Below the pieces are notes generated by a model. It was not told the origin of the DNA and made no database searches. It saw only the letters and a program-made list of their open reading frames with translations. The translations under genes and the position numbers were made by a program. Positions 33,369 through 45,123 of a DNA stretch of 64,000 nucleotides are shown piece after piece. The DNA lies in assembly GCA_000002445.1 (NCBI GenBank), contig AL929603.2, positions 960,001 to 1,024,000 on the forward strand, given 5' to 3'. Within the stretch, counting starts at the first letter, position 1, and each line of letters opens with the position of its first letter. The stretch comes from Trypanosoma brucei (Eukaryota).

Positions 33369-33543
33369 TTTGCTTCTACGTTACCTATTATATTATGTTT
33401 TCTTTTGTTTTTTCGCTTCTTTGTTGCTGCGTCTATTTGGTATAATATGCTTATGTATGTATGTTCATGTATGTGTTAATTTCTCATGAGATGTAAATGT
33501 TTTAAATTATCCCATATAAACTTGTTTTGTTTCTAGATAAGTA

Positions 33544-34662
33544 ATGAAGGTGGTATCACTTTTTCTTGCAGCGTGTCTGGCAGTATTGGGTGCTGTCAGT
33601 AAGGCAGTGACGGGGCAGCCTTCCGGTAAGGCCATGACACTCAAGGGAGCTGAAACATTATGCAATCTCAGTCATGCCTTGAGGGCCGTGAGTGCTAAGA
33701 CTCAGGACAAACAAAAGAATGCGACAGAAATGGTGGATAAGTTTCGGGAGTGGAGACATCGGCACGGTGTAAAGGGAAGGACATGGAGGGCAATAGTGCA
33801 GGGTTTGGAGAAGATAGGTGTTGTTAATGAAAGTTACATGGAAGGTATAAAGAAAACATATGCGGAAATGGAAAAGATAATGAACAATACAGACAAGGCT
33901 CTGCAGGTAATGGATACTAGTTTTTTAAACATTGTAAGAGTTTCCTATCATGTTGTGAATGCATCACTGTCAATAGGACAAGTGTTGAGGGATCTGGTAG
34001 TATTGTTTGAGCAAACAAAGGGAAGTGGAAACAATTGGTGCTGTTTGGTGAAGGAGAAAACTGCCTCTTCAGGAAATGGATGTGGAAGTGGGAGCGGTAG
34101 TGGAAGTGATGGCAAACACGAGTTGGCCGAGGCTCCAGAAGAGTGTAATATGTCTGTTACAAAGGATATGTCAGATTATGGTATACTTGCCACGCTAGAT
34201 AAATACACAAATAACCAAGATGTTGAATTAACAGTTAACGCGTCACCGAACTGCTGGATTATGGGTACGGAAGAGGTTGCAAATGGAGGAGCTGGATCTT
34301 TTATAGTGGGAACCACTGGAGGGTTCGTTACCTATAGCCAAGGTTCTGCCGTTATCCTGAAGTCTGGTGACATGGTGCTCAAACTTATCAGCAATTACAC
34401 TTCAATCAGAGACGGATATGAAAGTATTACAAAACAGTACCGTGATGTAGAGCCAACTCTTACTTCCTTTTCTGAGCATGAAAATAAACTAAAAAAATTG
34501 TTAACTCAGAGTCCGATGGTGCGTAGATATTTCAAGGAGAATGGAAGGAAACGCAAGGGAAGTGTCGATGACGATGATGTTATAGATGAAGAAGGATTTA
34601 CAATGAGGAAGCAACATACCCTAATGGGTTTAATGGCTTTTGCAGCAGTTTTGGTTATGTAA
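33544..34662 (+). CDS. Family C putative GPI-anchored surface protein, copy C1 (372 aa)
   Basis: Signal peptide MKVVSLFLAACLAVLGA. Helical-looking N-domain (GAETLCNLSHALRAV). (GS)n linker. Hydrophobic C-terminus MGLMAFAAVLVM. Paralog at 59645..60739 plus a fragment at 29447..29640. Confidence 0.8.
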   Translation: MKVVSLFLAACLAVLGAVSKAVTGQPSGKAMTLKGAETLCNLSHALRAVSAKTQDKQKNATEMVDKFREWRHRHGVKGRTWRAIVQGLEKIGVVNESYMEGIKKTYAEMEKIMNNTDKALQVMDTSFLNIVRVSYHVVNASLSIGQVLRDLVVLFEQTKGSGNNWCCLVKEKTASSGNGCGSGSGSGSDGKHELAEAPEECNMSVTKDMSDYGILATLDKYTNNQDVELTVNASPNCWIMGTEEVANGGAGSFIVGTTGGFVTYSQGSAVILKSGDMVLKLISNYTSIRDGYESITKQYRDVEPTLTSFSEHENKLKKLLTQSPMVRRYFKENGRKRKGSVDDDDVIDEEGFTMRKQHTLMGLMAFAAVLVM

Positions 34663-34792
34663 TTCAATGTTATATTTTATGCTACGGTTCTGTTATTGGT
34701 ATTGTGCGTTTGTGATACCCACTGCTTTTTTGTGTAATGGAGGGGATGTGTTTTTCCTCTTTTATATCTTTTGCCACATGTGATTGTAGGTA

Positions 34793-35767
34793 ATGAAAGT
34801 TACGATAGCGGAATTGGTTGTTTTGTTATTTTCTGTAATTTGTATTGATGGGAAGGAGGACAATGGGTGTACGTTGATAACAGATTATCACGGTGATGCA
34901 CCTTTAAGTGAGTCCGTGTGTTATCTCAGTTGCCTTTCGGATGCATTAAATAAATTGTACAGCGAGGGAGAGAGGAGGCTGTTTGTGAATGAGGAAGTGT
35001 ATGCAAATGCATTTCGTATATTGGATGATATGGAAGGAAGAGCAGGTGAAAGTGTTAGATATTTGAGTATTATTAGTGTTGCGATGGTAGAGGAAAATAA
35101 TAGGTTGGAAAAGCTTATATCTCATGGAAATGCAATGGGAGACCTTGTAGCTAAGGCTGGTGGATTATTTGCTGAGGTTAATGAAAGTGTGAGGGCAGTG
35201 AGGAAAGAAATACCTGGTGCCCTTATAAAAGTGAATAAATATTATACGGCTATTGCTGAGATCACAAGGACTGTGTGGGATGATGTTAAAGCTGTGGAAA
35301 GTGGAAAGCACGAATGTAAAGATCAAGAGTTTAGAGGTGTTAAAGAGTTTGACGTTACATGTGGAGATAACGCATGTCTGCTGGCACATGGTGTGAGTGA
35401 GGGCGCCCTCAAACATTATAAGAATGGGCTTCTTGAAATAAACGTGATGAGTGGTTCTGTGAGCAAATGCCTCAACTTACCACGCAATAACCTGTATTTG
35501 AATGGCGCGATAAATAGTTCCCACGGCTTGCTGAAGTGGCGCCAACACAGTGCCGAAATGTTCCAGCTTGAACTTAGAGTAAAGAATATTTTTAATCCCC
35601 TCGTCGCATCTTTTGCTGCTGGACAATCGTCTTCAGTACTTGCCGAAATGATGGCCAATATCACTTCGCTTTACTCTCGTTTCAACGAAGTCCACAGGAG
35701 TTTCACTTCTTTGCTAGTCAACCCCAATCTCACTGACACCGGGGATGGTATTGATTCCATTTTTTAA
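34793..35767 (+). CDS. Family A secreted/surface protein, copy A2 (324 aa)
   Basis: The first ~213 codons are nearly identical to A1 at nucleotide level. The 3' third has diverged (about 60% aa identity). Confidence 0.8.
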   Translation: MKVTIAELVVLLFSVICIDGKEDNGCTLITDYHGDAPLSESVCYLSCLSDALNKLYSEGERRLFVNEEVYANAFRILDDMEGRAGESVRYLSIISVAMVEENNRLEKLISHGNAMGDLVAKAGGLFAEVNESVRAVRKEIPGALIKVNKYYTAIAEITRTVWDDVKAVESGKHECKDQEFRGVKEFDVTCGDNACLLAHGVSEGALKHYKNGLLEINVMSGSVSKCLNLPRNNLYLNGAINSSHGLLKWRQHSAEMFQLELRVKNIFNPLVASFAAGQSSSVLAEMMANITSLYSRFNEVHRSFTSLLVNPNLTDTGDGIDSIF

Positions 35768-38700
35768 CGAACACGGTTATGAGCATGTTCTTAATACATT
35801 GTGTGTATGCGCCTACTTACGTGTCGTGTGTGTGTGTTTTGTGCTGGTGTGCGCCCGTGAAGTTTTTTTTCGCCTTGGAGGAGTAATAGCGGCGGTGAAT
35901 TTTCGACAATGGGTACGTGCATTGCGTTTCTACATGGCGTAGAAAATATTTCGTCTCATTTCTGTCGTGGTAATAAAGTCCCTAGTGTACTTTTAACGCA
36001 CTCGTGCATCCGGTCCGCGCTTTGTTTGTTGTGGTAATAAAAACCAGAGACCCATCTCAACTCTTTTTTTTTTTCGTGCCTCAACCTTGGATTGCCCACA
36101 AAGACTTAGCTATTTGTTGGTTAGGTGGCCAGGGCGTTAATATTTCCCCCAGTGTGCGTGATGTTTTTTAGTTTATGTTGGTGGGACAGAGTTGCCTCTT
36201 GAGAGGCAGCGACCGGGTGAATGCGGAACACTTGTGGTTCATGTGCGGCGAGTGAGCGGTTCTTTGGCTGCAGCGGTTAACGGCGGGGGCACTACGTGCT
36301 TGTTCGCTGTTGGCGGTTGGCCGCTGAACAACCATACAGGCCGTCGATGGATGGCGTTAAAAGTTCCTTATTTTTTCACCTTCATTCTATGGCACAACTT
36401 CTTATTGTTGAAGGGTCGCCTGGAATGTTACCTGACACACATCTTGGCATGCGTTCCCATAGTGATTGCCTTTGTTCAAACATTTTACCATAGATATATG
36501 GCGGCTGTAGTTCCCTCTGTACGTTGTCTGTGCTTTGCTCCCTGTTTGGGGTGCTTTCCATGCTCCTTTCCTTTCCCATTGATGCGCTTTTATCGTTAGG
36601 TTAGCCACTGAGCCGCGGCGCGATTGCAAAACGTAGGCGAAATGTGCAGGTAAAGCAGATCTTTGTTTCACATGGCTCCCCGTGGCGGGGACGCTTTGAG
36701 ACAGATGGACGAGACGACCTGCAACTTTGGTGGTCCCTTTTGTGAATCCCCCGATGCCCTTTCTGTGTGCTTCGCTGCTTCTTCACATGGCCGAAGTAAT
36801 GAATCCGGCGGCCCCACATCTTTTGTTTTCCTTTATCTTCTTGCTATTTGCAGAGAGTTTGAAGGTGCCAATATGCGTGACCCCAAGGCATGTGCACTTT
36901 CTTCCCTACACACATGCACACACACATCATCACATGGTTTTATGGGCCACCCCGTGATGCAGCCGATTCCTTGTTGTGGCATTTTACAGGTGCTTTTTAG
37001 ACCCGTGTCTACGCTTATGATGATTAGGTTGTTTGCAAAGAAGCTGTTCCTCATTCCTGATGATTTGTTTACCTTTCGGTTGAGGGGGCCCCTTCTGATT
37101 ATGAGCAGCATTGATCCAGGGAACGGATCGTTGCGGCACCCCGCAGGTTCGGAAAATGGCGTTTCACAATATCTTGTTTGTTTTCACTCTGGGGGTTTAA
37201 CTGTACAGGAACCGTCCCATTCATCTCGCTGGGTGGGGATATATTTTGCAGCGACTTAGCGCCACAGCGATTTACAAACGATCCACTGGGTCGAATGCCT
37301 GTGCCGCCTTTTTTTCCTGTTTTCCAACCATATTTCAACCAAACAGCTGTGCCACAGCGTCTGCTGTTGAGCATTTGAAGCCCTGACTATCAAGGCTAAA
37401 GTAAAAGACCCAGTTGATTCTTTAGTGTCCTCGCAATTGTTCCTTTTGTTGACTCGCAGAGGGCACTGATGAGGCGATTGACTGGAACGGTGCCACCTTT
37501 GTTGCAAGCTTGTTTACCTTGAAGATCGGTATTATAATGCCCTTTTATCAACCATTTTTGGTACTGCACTGTTATCCACGCATTGGCCCTATAACTTCAA
37601 TAGGCTTTATCTTTCTTTCCTCCCGAGGCCCTAAACTTCCTCTCCGTGCATATTATTTCCTGCAACTGCGGTTCCTGTGGGGAACTTACCTGACACTAAC
37701 AACAGTCCCTTCTTATAGGCAACTTGCGCCTACAGTTCCCCACTCGCGGCCACCTTGCTCTTGGGGCTTCCAGAACTTTTGTGGAACTCCTCCCGCGAAT
37801 CATGTAGCCGTCCCTTTATCGGTATTGTCCTCTTGACAACCATTTCTGATATGCTCCGTAACCTCGGTGTAAACGCCTCATTCAACGGCTCCCAGCCTTC
37901 TGATTCCATAGCCATTGTTTTAAATGTTTCTCCCCTCCACCCCTCAGGATGTTTCGTTGGATCGCACTTTTCACGTTACGTATCTTCGCACCCTCTTTTC
38001 TCGCATCACCAAGTTTCCTCATTCCACTTCCGATATTTGTCAGTTCTTTGCTCCAGAAGTGTTGCACCAGTCTATCTGTTTTAGGAGTTCTCGTTTCCGC
38101 TTTCATTCTCACCACAGACAGTAGCACTGCCTCCTTCACATCATCCGCTTCTAATGGGAGTATGACTGAACCTCTTTCTTCAGCCCACGCAGTCTGATTC
38201 GTTGGGGTGTTATCCAACCATTTTTTAAATAGCATGCGAATAATGCACGGCGGTGGTGGCAAAAATTGGCTTTATCAGCATTCACACTGACGTTTGGTTT
38301 GAGTGTGATTAAATTGCGATTGCTAGATATATAATGGCAGCGGGACTCGGAAAACACGGCGACAGAGATGTGACTTGCAAAGCATATTCCCACTTCTGTG
38401 AGGACGGATACCCCTCTTCCGTAGGAAAAACTTGCCGATCCCAGTCTGTGTGATCGTGAAATCGGTCTGAGCTCCCTTTCGTCCAGCCAAACTTGTTCCT
38501 CTTAACTTTCTTTTGGCATCCGAAAGAATTGTCGGGCCAACGTCCTTCTTAACGCCACCTCTATACAGTGGTGACGACAGACCACAGATGCCCAAAGAAG
38601 TGCGTTTGAATGCACAGAAGGATAAATAAATAACACTTTGAACTGCAGAGAACCGACGGCGTTCACCTTCCCATCTGTGTGGAAGATACCGGATCGTAGC

Positions 38701-41700
38701 ATCATGATGAAACCGCCAGTATCGTCAGGGAATAACAATATTATTACACAACTTAATAGCACCCCATTTTACAACATTCTCTTTTTCTAAGAATAGCGGC
38801 AACAATCGTCACCGTTATCACTTCAGACACAAGTTGCCATGGCACAGACCGCGACACCGTGGCAACAAGCAAGGATATTTAGAAAACGAACTGCGATGAC
38901 CAAATTTCACTGAAAACATACATGGCCATAGGCTAAACATATGCATGTGGCGGTATGCATTGCCACGGCTTCCGACAAAAATTCTGTCAAAACATCTGGT
39001 GTTTCTTTTTCTTTTTTGCGTCAAGTCACGCACCTACACGCCCACGGCGCTACACTTCCCATCCTCTCCCCAATTCTTATCCTCTTCTTGATGTTCATAC
39101 TTGTGTATTCGAAGTGCTTCTGGTACAAATTTGTGTGACACTCCGCCCTTTTCATATGTGGCGTTCTGGCGACTATCCTTAGGTAAAATATCCAAGTATT
39201 AAGAAAAAACTGCTTCATTGCAGACAAGAAAAATACAAGTGAGTTATCAACATGTCGACTAGGATGAATATGCATGATGATGAATACAAACAGAAAAGAA
39301 ACCACATTCAACGTTGCGGTGTAAGCAAAGTTTACAGAAACACAAAACACCAGGTGTGCCTAGCAATGTCTTTTATAACAGAGAAAGTAAGGTACAGAGA
39401 CGTCAGTGTATTTTAAATTACCCTAGTTTTAAAATATTGTTGAAACAAAGAATAGATACTGCCGCTACTCAATCGCAAGTTAGTGCTTTGTTTGCTCAAT
39501 CCTTATTCACGGAACGGCAACTAATACTTCGTCGCCTTAAAAAAAAATGAGTGAGTACGCTCCCGCAACTGGGACTGCGACTTCCTCCTGTCACTATCAA
39601 TGACTTTCATTCATTTCCGTTTGCGCTGCTCCTCTATGTCGCTTCTTCAACATCCTTCTCCCTATCGTGATGACGAAACGCGCGTTGATATAATTACTCA
39701 TGCATTTAGCGATATGTTTTTTTTTTTAATTGCCATGCCACATACCATTCTTATTATCCTCAAGTTCCTCGGCCAGCTCTTTGTTATCCTTCCATGCCTT
39801 TACCTTCTATTCCTTTTCTTTGGTGGTTACGGTTGGGGCATCATACCTTAGAAGCACCGTTGGGTACAAGTAAATTGCAGACGACGTGTTACCGTTAGTC
39901 TTCCCTAATTTTTAGCCTCTACTTTTTTTTTTTGCTAAGTGCCCCTTTATATTTCCGCTTTTCGGGGGGAAATCATTATGTCTACCCGAACTGTATACTC
40001 ACTTGCATTGGAGGTCCTCAGTTGTTTGCATTCGCAAAGATAAAGTGGAGTCGAGCTTTCGCAGCCTTTTGAAATCCTCGGAGTTTCGCTTGGTCGGATA
40101 AGTCAAGCGTCGTCACCCTTCGCATCCAGTTTTCCTTTGTGACCATATAGTCCCAAGTTAGTGTATTCTACCTAAAATATGTTAAGAACTGCCGATGTAC
40201 ATCCCTTTGAGCGCTTCTATCTATCTCCGAATGCTTTATTTAGTTCAAAGACTGACATCCTATGGGGCCCGATAACACGCGATTCATTCAGCGGGTACTC
40301 AAATACCATTAGCCGAAAACGATTAAGAGGAGAAATCAATTTCAAACTATTGAAGTGTTCCCACCTCACCAACGAACACCCGCTCCTGAATCAGTCCACG
40401 AACTAAGAAAGCTACCTTCTAAAGCATCAGGTCGCAGCGCCCAAGTTCCACTACCGCACAAAGTCCTCAGAGGCGTTACGAGTTAGTGCCCCCAAAGGCG
40501 AATTCGCACCAATTACTTAACATGAAGCGCCCTTAAACCCCAACTCAGCGATTGTGATAGAACGTGTCGTCGAATGTCGCCATTTCACAATGCACAGCGC
40601 GTGCGGCCGTAAGTGAACTTTGCACATACGCTCCCGACGGCCACTTTCCCAACTGCGAAGATCAAGCCGACTTCTACAGGGTCGTCTTGACCTAAAGGAA
40701 GAGTGTCAATAATCCAATTCAAGTTCATACCCTCCGCACCAACCGGAGTCTTTACGTCCCCTAGTTTCATTTTAGGGGCGATCGTCTGAGATGGACGTCT
40801 GCAACGTCAATAGTATTAAAGGTTTTCAAAACCAACGATAGCTTCGTTCTCGTCAGCAGCCGGCCCGATTTCCCGCTATATGGTATGCGACCCGAGCTCA
40901 TTTCCGGGGAAGAGAAATCCGAGGCCGGCGAAAGGCCGCAAAGCCAATCGCACACATACGGGAGGGTCGGTTCATGTCTTCCCTCCAGGCTGTTCACTTC
41001 AATCGCACTGAGCCGCCCAAGTTCACTTCTTGCCGAATGGAAATGTCTGTATTCGTGACGGTCAGTGCTTTACCTCCTTTCTTTTTGTTTTAGAGCGTGT
41101 CCACGCACATTAATTTCTTGTTCGCACCCGTGACTGAACACCCTGACGCCATTTAAACTATTCAATAGCAGTGCCCCAGGTTGCTGGCTAGAGCACGTAC
41201 TTCTTTTCCCTTTTTTCTTAAACAAACGCACACGCGTTCCGCTTCATCGCATCGGTTCAAGTTTTCGGAGTATTTAGTGCCGAGCGGCGATCGCCGTCTC
41301 ATGGCAACAGTGTCCCCGCTGCCGCCAACAGCTTCAGCGGTGTCAGCTGTGGTATATGAAGGCCGTCCCTTTGCTCTTTTCTTGGGTTGTGCGACCTTTT
41401 TTTTTTTTTCAGTCAGTCCATCTCTTCGAGGGAGGTTTCAGTTGCATCTTCAGCCGGTCCCTACAGGTGGGGCTTTCGGCTCCATTATTCTGTTTTCGCA
41501 GCGCTTGTTTGTGTTTTCGCGGTAAACTCATCCCCCATTCCTCGGGCGCGTAGCCCCCATCGCCGGTCACGGCGCTTGTCGATGCGCATCCATGCCCCTC
41601 CATACCCGTTTTTTAATTTTTTGTTTCTTTGCTTCCACACCGAGCCGCGTAGAATTCCTCGGCGAACTGTTTCATACACTCAGGTAGTTCCGGCCTCGAT

Positions 41701-44307
41701 TTTCCACGGGATGGCAGACCGAGCTTTAACGTGCGTGCGGCCCGCTGCTTACTTTCTTCCGGGTGATCGCGCCTCCTCATTTTTATCCTCCGGAGCAATC
41801 CTTCTATTTGAGGAACGGGTGTGCACTCCTCATAAAGCTTCAGAGTCTACCGTATGTCCAGTGGCTGGGCACTCGAAAGTGTTCGCGCCCTCTTGTTACG
41901 TTGAACCATTTTCAATCATCGAGGTGGCTCTTGAGGAACGAAGGAATCGCGTTGGTCGGATGAGTTGGTGCTTTCGTCTCTTCGCCATCAAGCTTCGCGG
42001 GGGCAATCCCACACAATTTCCGCCGCCAGCCAGCTCTGTGGAACACGTTCAAGTTTAAGTGGCATCTCGGCGCGAGTGGTGCTATCGAGGGTCTGTTGCG
42101 ATTCGCGTAAGGCTATACAAAGGAATTAAGGGTATGCAAGCACGACGCGGCTGGTCTTTGTGCCGCGTGTTGCCGTATTCGGAGCTTGCAGAACAGTGTT
42201 CTGCGTCCGTGGGAATTCCATTGGTCCCCATTTTCCTCCAAAAAGTCGGTGTAGTTTCGAACTAGATATTCGTCGGGCAGTCCGTGTGTGGCGTCTATGG
42301 GCCAGAGTGCCTCCACCCATTTATTTGGGAGCAACCTCATACGATTTGCAATTGGTGTTGTGTGCCTCTGGCCCTTGTGGGGAGGAATGGAGGCGTCCAG
42401 GTGACAAACCGGTGCGGCGCGCTGTGTTTCGCATAAGTACTGGATTTATTCACTGTTAGTTCTGGAGGTTGGCTAGTTGCTTGTGTGCGCAGTCAGGTCA
42501 GAAACTCGTTTTTTTTCCACATTCAGTGTCTGCGTGAAATGTATCAATGCCTCTTTATCAAATCTGTTTCTGGACACACTCCACAGTTATGGGTACGTCA
42601 GTGATCACCATGACTGCTCAAACCGAGCACCAACAGTAGAACCACCGCGATTTGCTGACGCAAGAAGAGGTTTCACTGAAATAGCCGGAGTGCGGCGTTC
42701 CATTTTCGAAGCCGAAAACATTAAGTGATCTGCGCGGGTTGGATGACGTTTACTTCATGGAGAGTGATTTCTTTTTTGGAAACTACAGATCAAGGTGGAT
42801 GCATGTCAAGAGTGCCCGTCAGTGTGGGAACACGAGTGCTGGCGTAGGTGAGAAAATGGGGGATGGAATTGTGGGATGTAACGACGAAACAAGAGGTTAG
42901 GTACTCTGCAAGAGTAGGTTGTTATATGTCCTTCTCTCTTGCTTCCCACTGCTGGACTGCTCATGTGAGCCCAATTGTTTCTGTCATGCTAACGTTGTTA
43001 GTTAACTTATCTGGAGAGTTGAACGTCTAATTCACTTCAAAAATAAGCAAAAGGGCGTATGCGAATTTGTTCCTTGTCGTTACTACACGCTCTACCCTCT
43101 CAAAGAGTAATTTGATTCCATATTATATCCTTTTTTGTTTGGCGAAAGGTGATACGACTCCCGTTCTGTTGTTGTTTACTTTGTTACGTGGTCGGGTGAT
43201 GTGTATGCACAGGTACTGCCTTGGAAGTGCAATTATACCTGTGACGTCTCAAACGTTCAGAACTCCGTTGTTTTCTGGTTATAAAACAAAGGCTGCGAAT
43301 CTACACTAATGCTGTTTTGTGGGTTACTTCGGTTTGCAGCTTGTTACAAGAGCAGTGTGCTTTGACGGTTTTTTAAATTCGCTTTATTTTTTTAATAATT
43401 ATGGGTTAAGTCATGATTGCGCGGTATTTTCAACAGTAGGTTTTGTTATTTTTACAGTTTGGAACAACAAATGAAGTGCTGAACACCCCTTTTTTGGTTT
43501 TGTATATATATATTTCTACTTCGTCACAGCACTTTAGAATTGTGTGCCGTAATGAGTAAGAGAAAAAATATGAGCTCTTCTTAAAATTATAAAAATGTTT
43601 TTGTGATTTCAAACAGCTTCGCGGAATGACTGTTGTGTACCATTTTCACCAAGTAAACATTTTTATGATTTCCTCTTTTTCCGCGCACGGCATACCTGTC
43701 CAACACGGGGTTTAGCACTGCACCAATAACTATCTTGAAGGTGTCGTACAGTTGTCTTTCAATGATTTAGTATTAGCAGGGGTAAGGTTGAGGTTCACGG
43801 GAGGGATGGGAATAGCCACATACAACATGTGTAAAGGAAACTGTCATACAATGCACTCAAGGATTATCTTGCAGTCATACGCGTCATTTGAACTTTGTGT
43901 AACCTTGTTGTACTGTTGAGTGCTTTTGTGCTACTTTTTTTCTCCTGTCTATTTCAATTAGTATGCGTTCTTTCTTTGTTGGAAGGTTAATGGGAGGTAA
44001 AGAGGCCTTTTTTAAACCTCGTATTCGCATTTAGCAGTCGGCACAATGTATATGCCTTCTTAACGTAGGTGATGCCAGGTACGTATATATTTTTGTGTTT
44101 ACGGTAGTCTGCGGTACAAGTAGACCAAGTGAACTGTGTGCTCTTCGATCATGACCAACAACGGCGCTCCATGTGTTTTGCAATATTTTTGTCGCTGGTG
44201 TTTCCACCGTACACTTGTTTCTTTCGATACCTTTTTTCAGCGAAAATTTCCACCCTTTTTCCCCTTTTTAGTAACTCATTTACTAGAGAGGCAAGTGAAA
44301 GCATAAC

Positions 44308-45123
44308 ATGACAACTGAAGAGGGAAAAGTAGAGACACCAGTGGCCAAAGGAGCGTTTAGCCCGACGCGCCACGTCATGTTTGCCGACGAGGTCACGGAA
44401 GTGCAACCACAACACAATGATATGAACGCCGGCAATGGGTTGGATGCTGTAGAGGGAAACCACACCAATCACGAGGAAGTGCCCCATCATTTGCGTCAAA
44501 ATTACGGCACCGGTGGCGATTCAAATGACAACGGTGAAGCGGGTGAAGGAGATTTCGGCCGTGGTAAAAGAGGTGGTCGTAATCGAAACCGTAGGCGTCA
44601 CAATGCGAAACCAATTTTGAAGGCTCTCGTGACGGAGGCCAATTCCGAAGCGGATGCTGAAGAGGACTTGCGCGTGCGCACGACACTTGTGGTAGCGGAA
44701 GAAAATGCCCAACGCCTTCGCGTTGAACATCAGGAACTTGAAGATCACGCTGATATTGGTTCACTCTTCAAGGCATCTGACAAGACCTTGTGGGGCCGTT
44801 ATTCACTAAAAGGTAAGCGAGTGATGAATACTTCCAGTGAAGAAGGCACTCCCATGAGATATTCGACAATGTGTGATGCTTCAACGACTTCAGACAACTT
44901 GAGCTGGAGAAATCAAGAGGAAATGCAAGACGCATCAACGCAAGCTGAATTTGAGGAGATTGTTGAAGACACACCGAGGGCCATCAGTGGTTCGGGTCCG
45001 CTGGCGAGATTACTTGGGGGGGTTGGTGGTCACCGTGACGAGTGGTATCGGCGTATTTGGAAATTATTTGTGCTTCTTGTTGTTCTTTTTTATGTGCGCC
45101 GGTTTGTTCCTCGGCTGCGGTAA
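44308..45123 (+). CDS. Hypothetical tail-anchored membrane protein (271 aa)
   Basis: ORF preceded by a polyY tract (44200..44280). Acidic/basic low-complexity N-region. Single C-terminal transmembrane segment IWKLFVLLVVLFYV. Lies inside the gene-poor tract. Confidence 0.4.
   Translation: MTTEEGKVETPVAKGAFSPTRHVMFADEVTEVQPQHNDMNAGNGLDAVEGNHTNHEEVPHHLRQNYGTGGDSNDNGEAGEGDFGRGKRGGRNRNRRRHNAKPILKALVTEANSEADAEEDLRVRTTLVVAEENAQRLRVEHQELEDHADIGSLFKASDKTLWGRYSLKGKRVMNTSSEEGTPMRYSTMCDASTTSDNLSWRNQEEMQDASTQAEFEEIVEDTPRAISGSGPLARLLGGVGGHRDEWYRRIWKLFVLLVVLFYVRRFVPRLR

Larger units (their letters stand above)
29447..35767 (+). repeat. Tandem array of a ~5.0-kb cassette (C-A-spacer-B-C-A), copy set 1
   Basis: A-to-A start spacing is 29771 to 34793, about 5022 nt. 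The segment 30.6-35.4 kb recurs at 56.7-61.4 kb with matching gene spacing (A stop to B start is 1246 nt versus 1229 nt). Confidence 0.9.
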
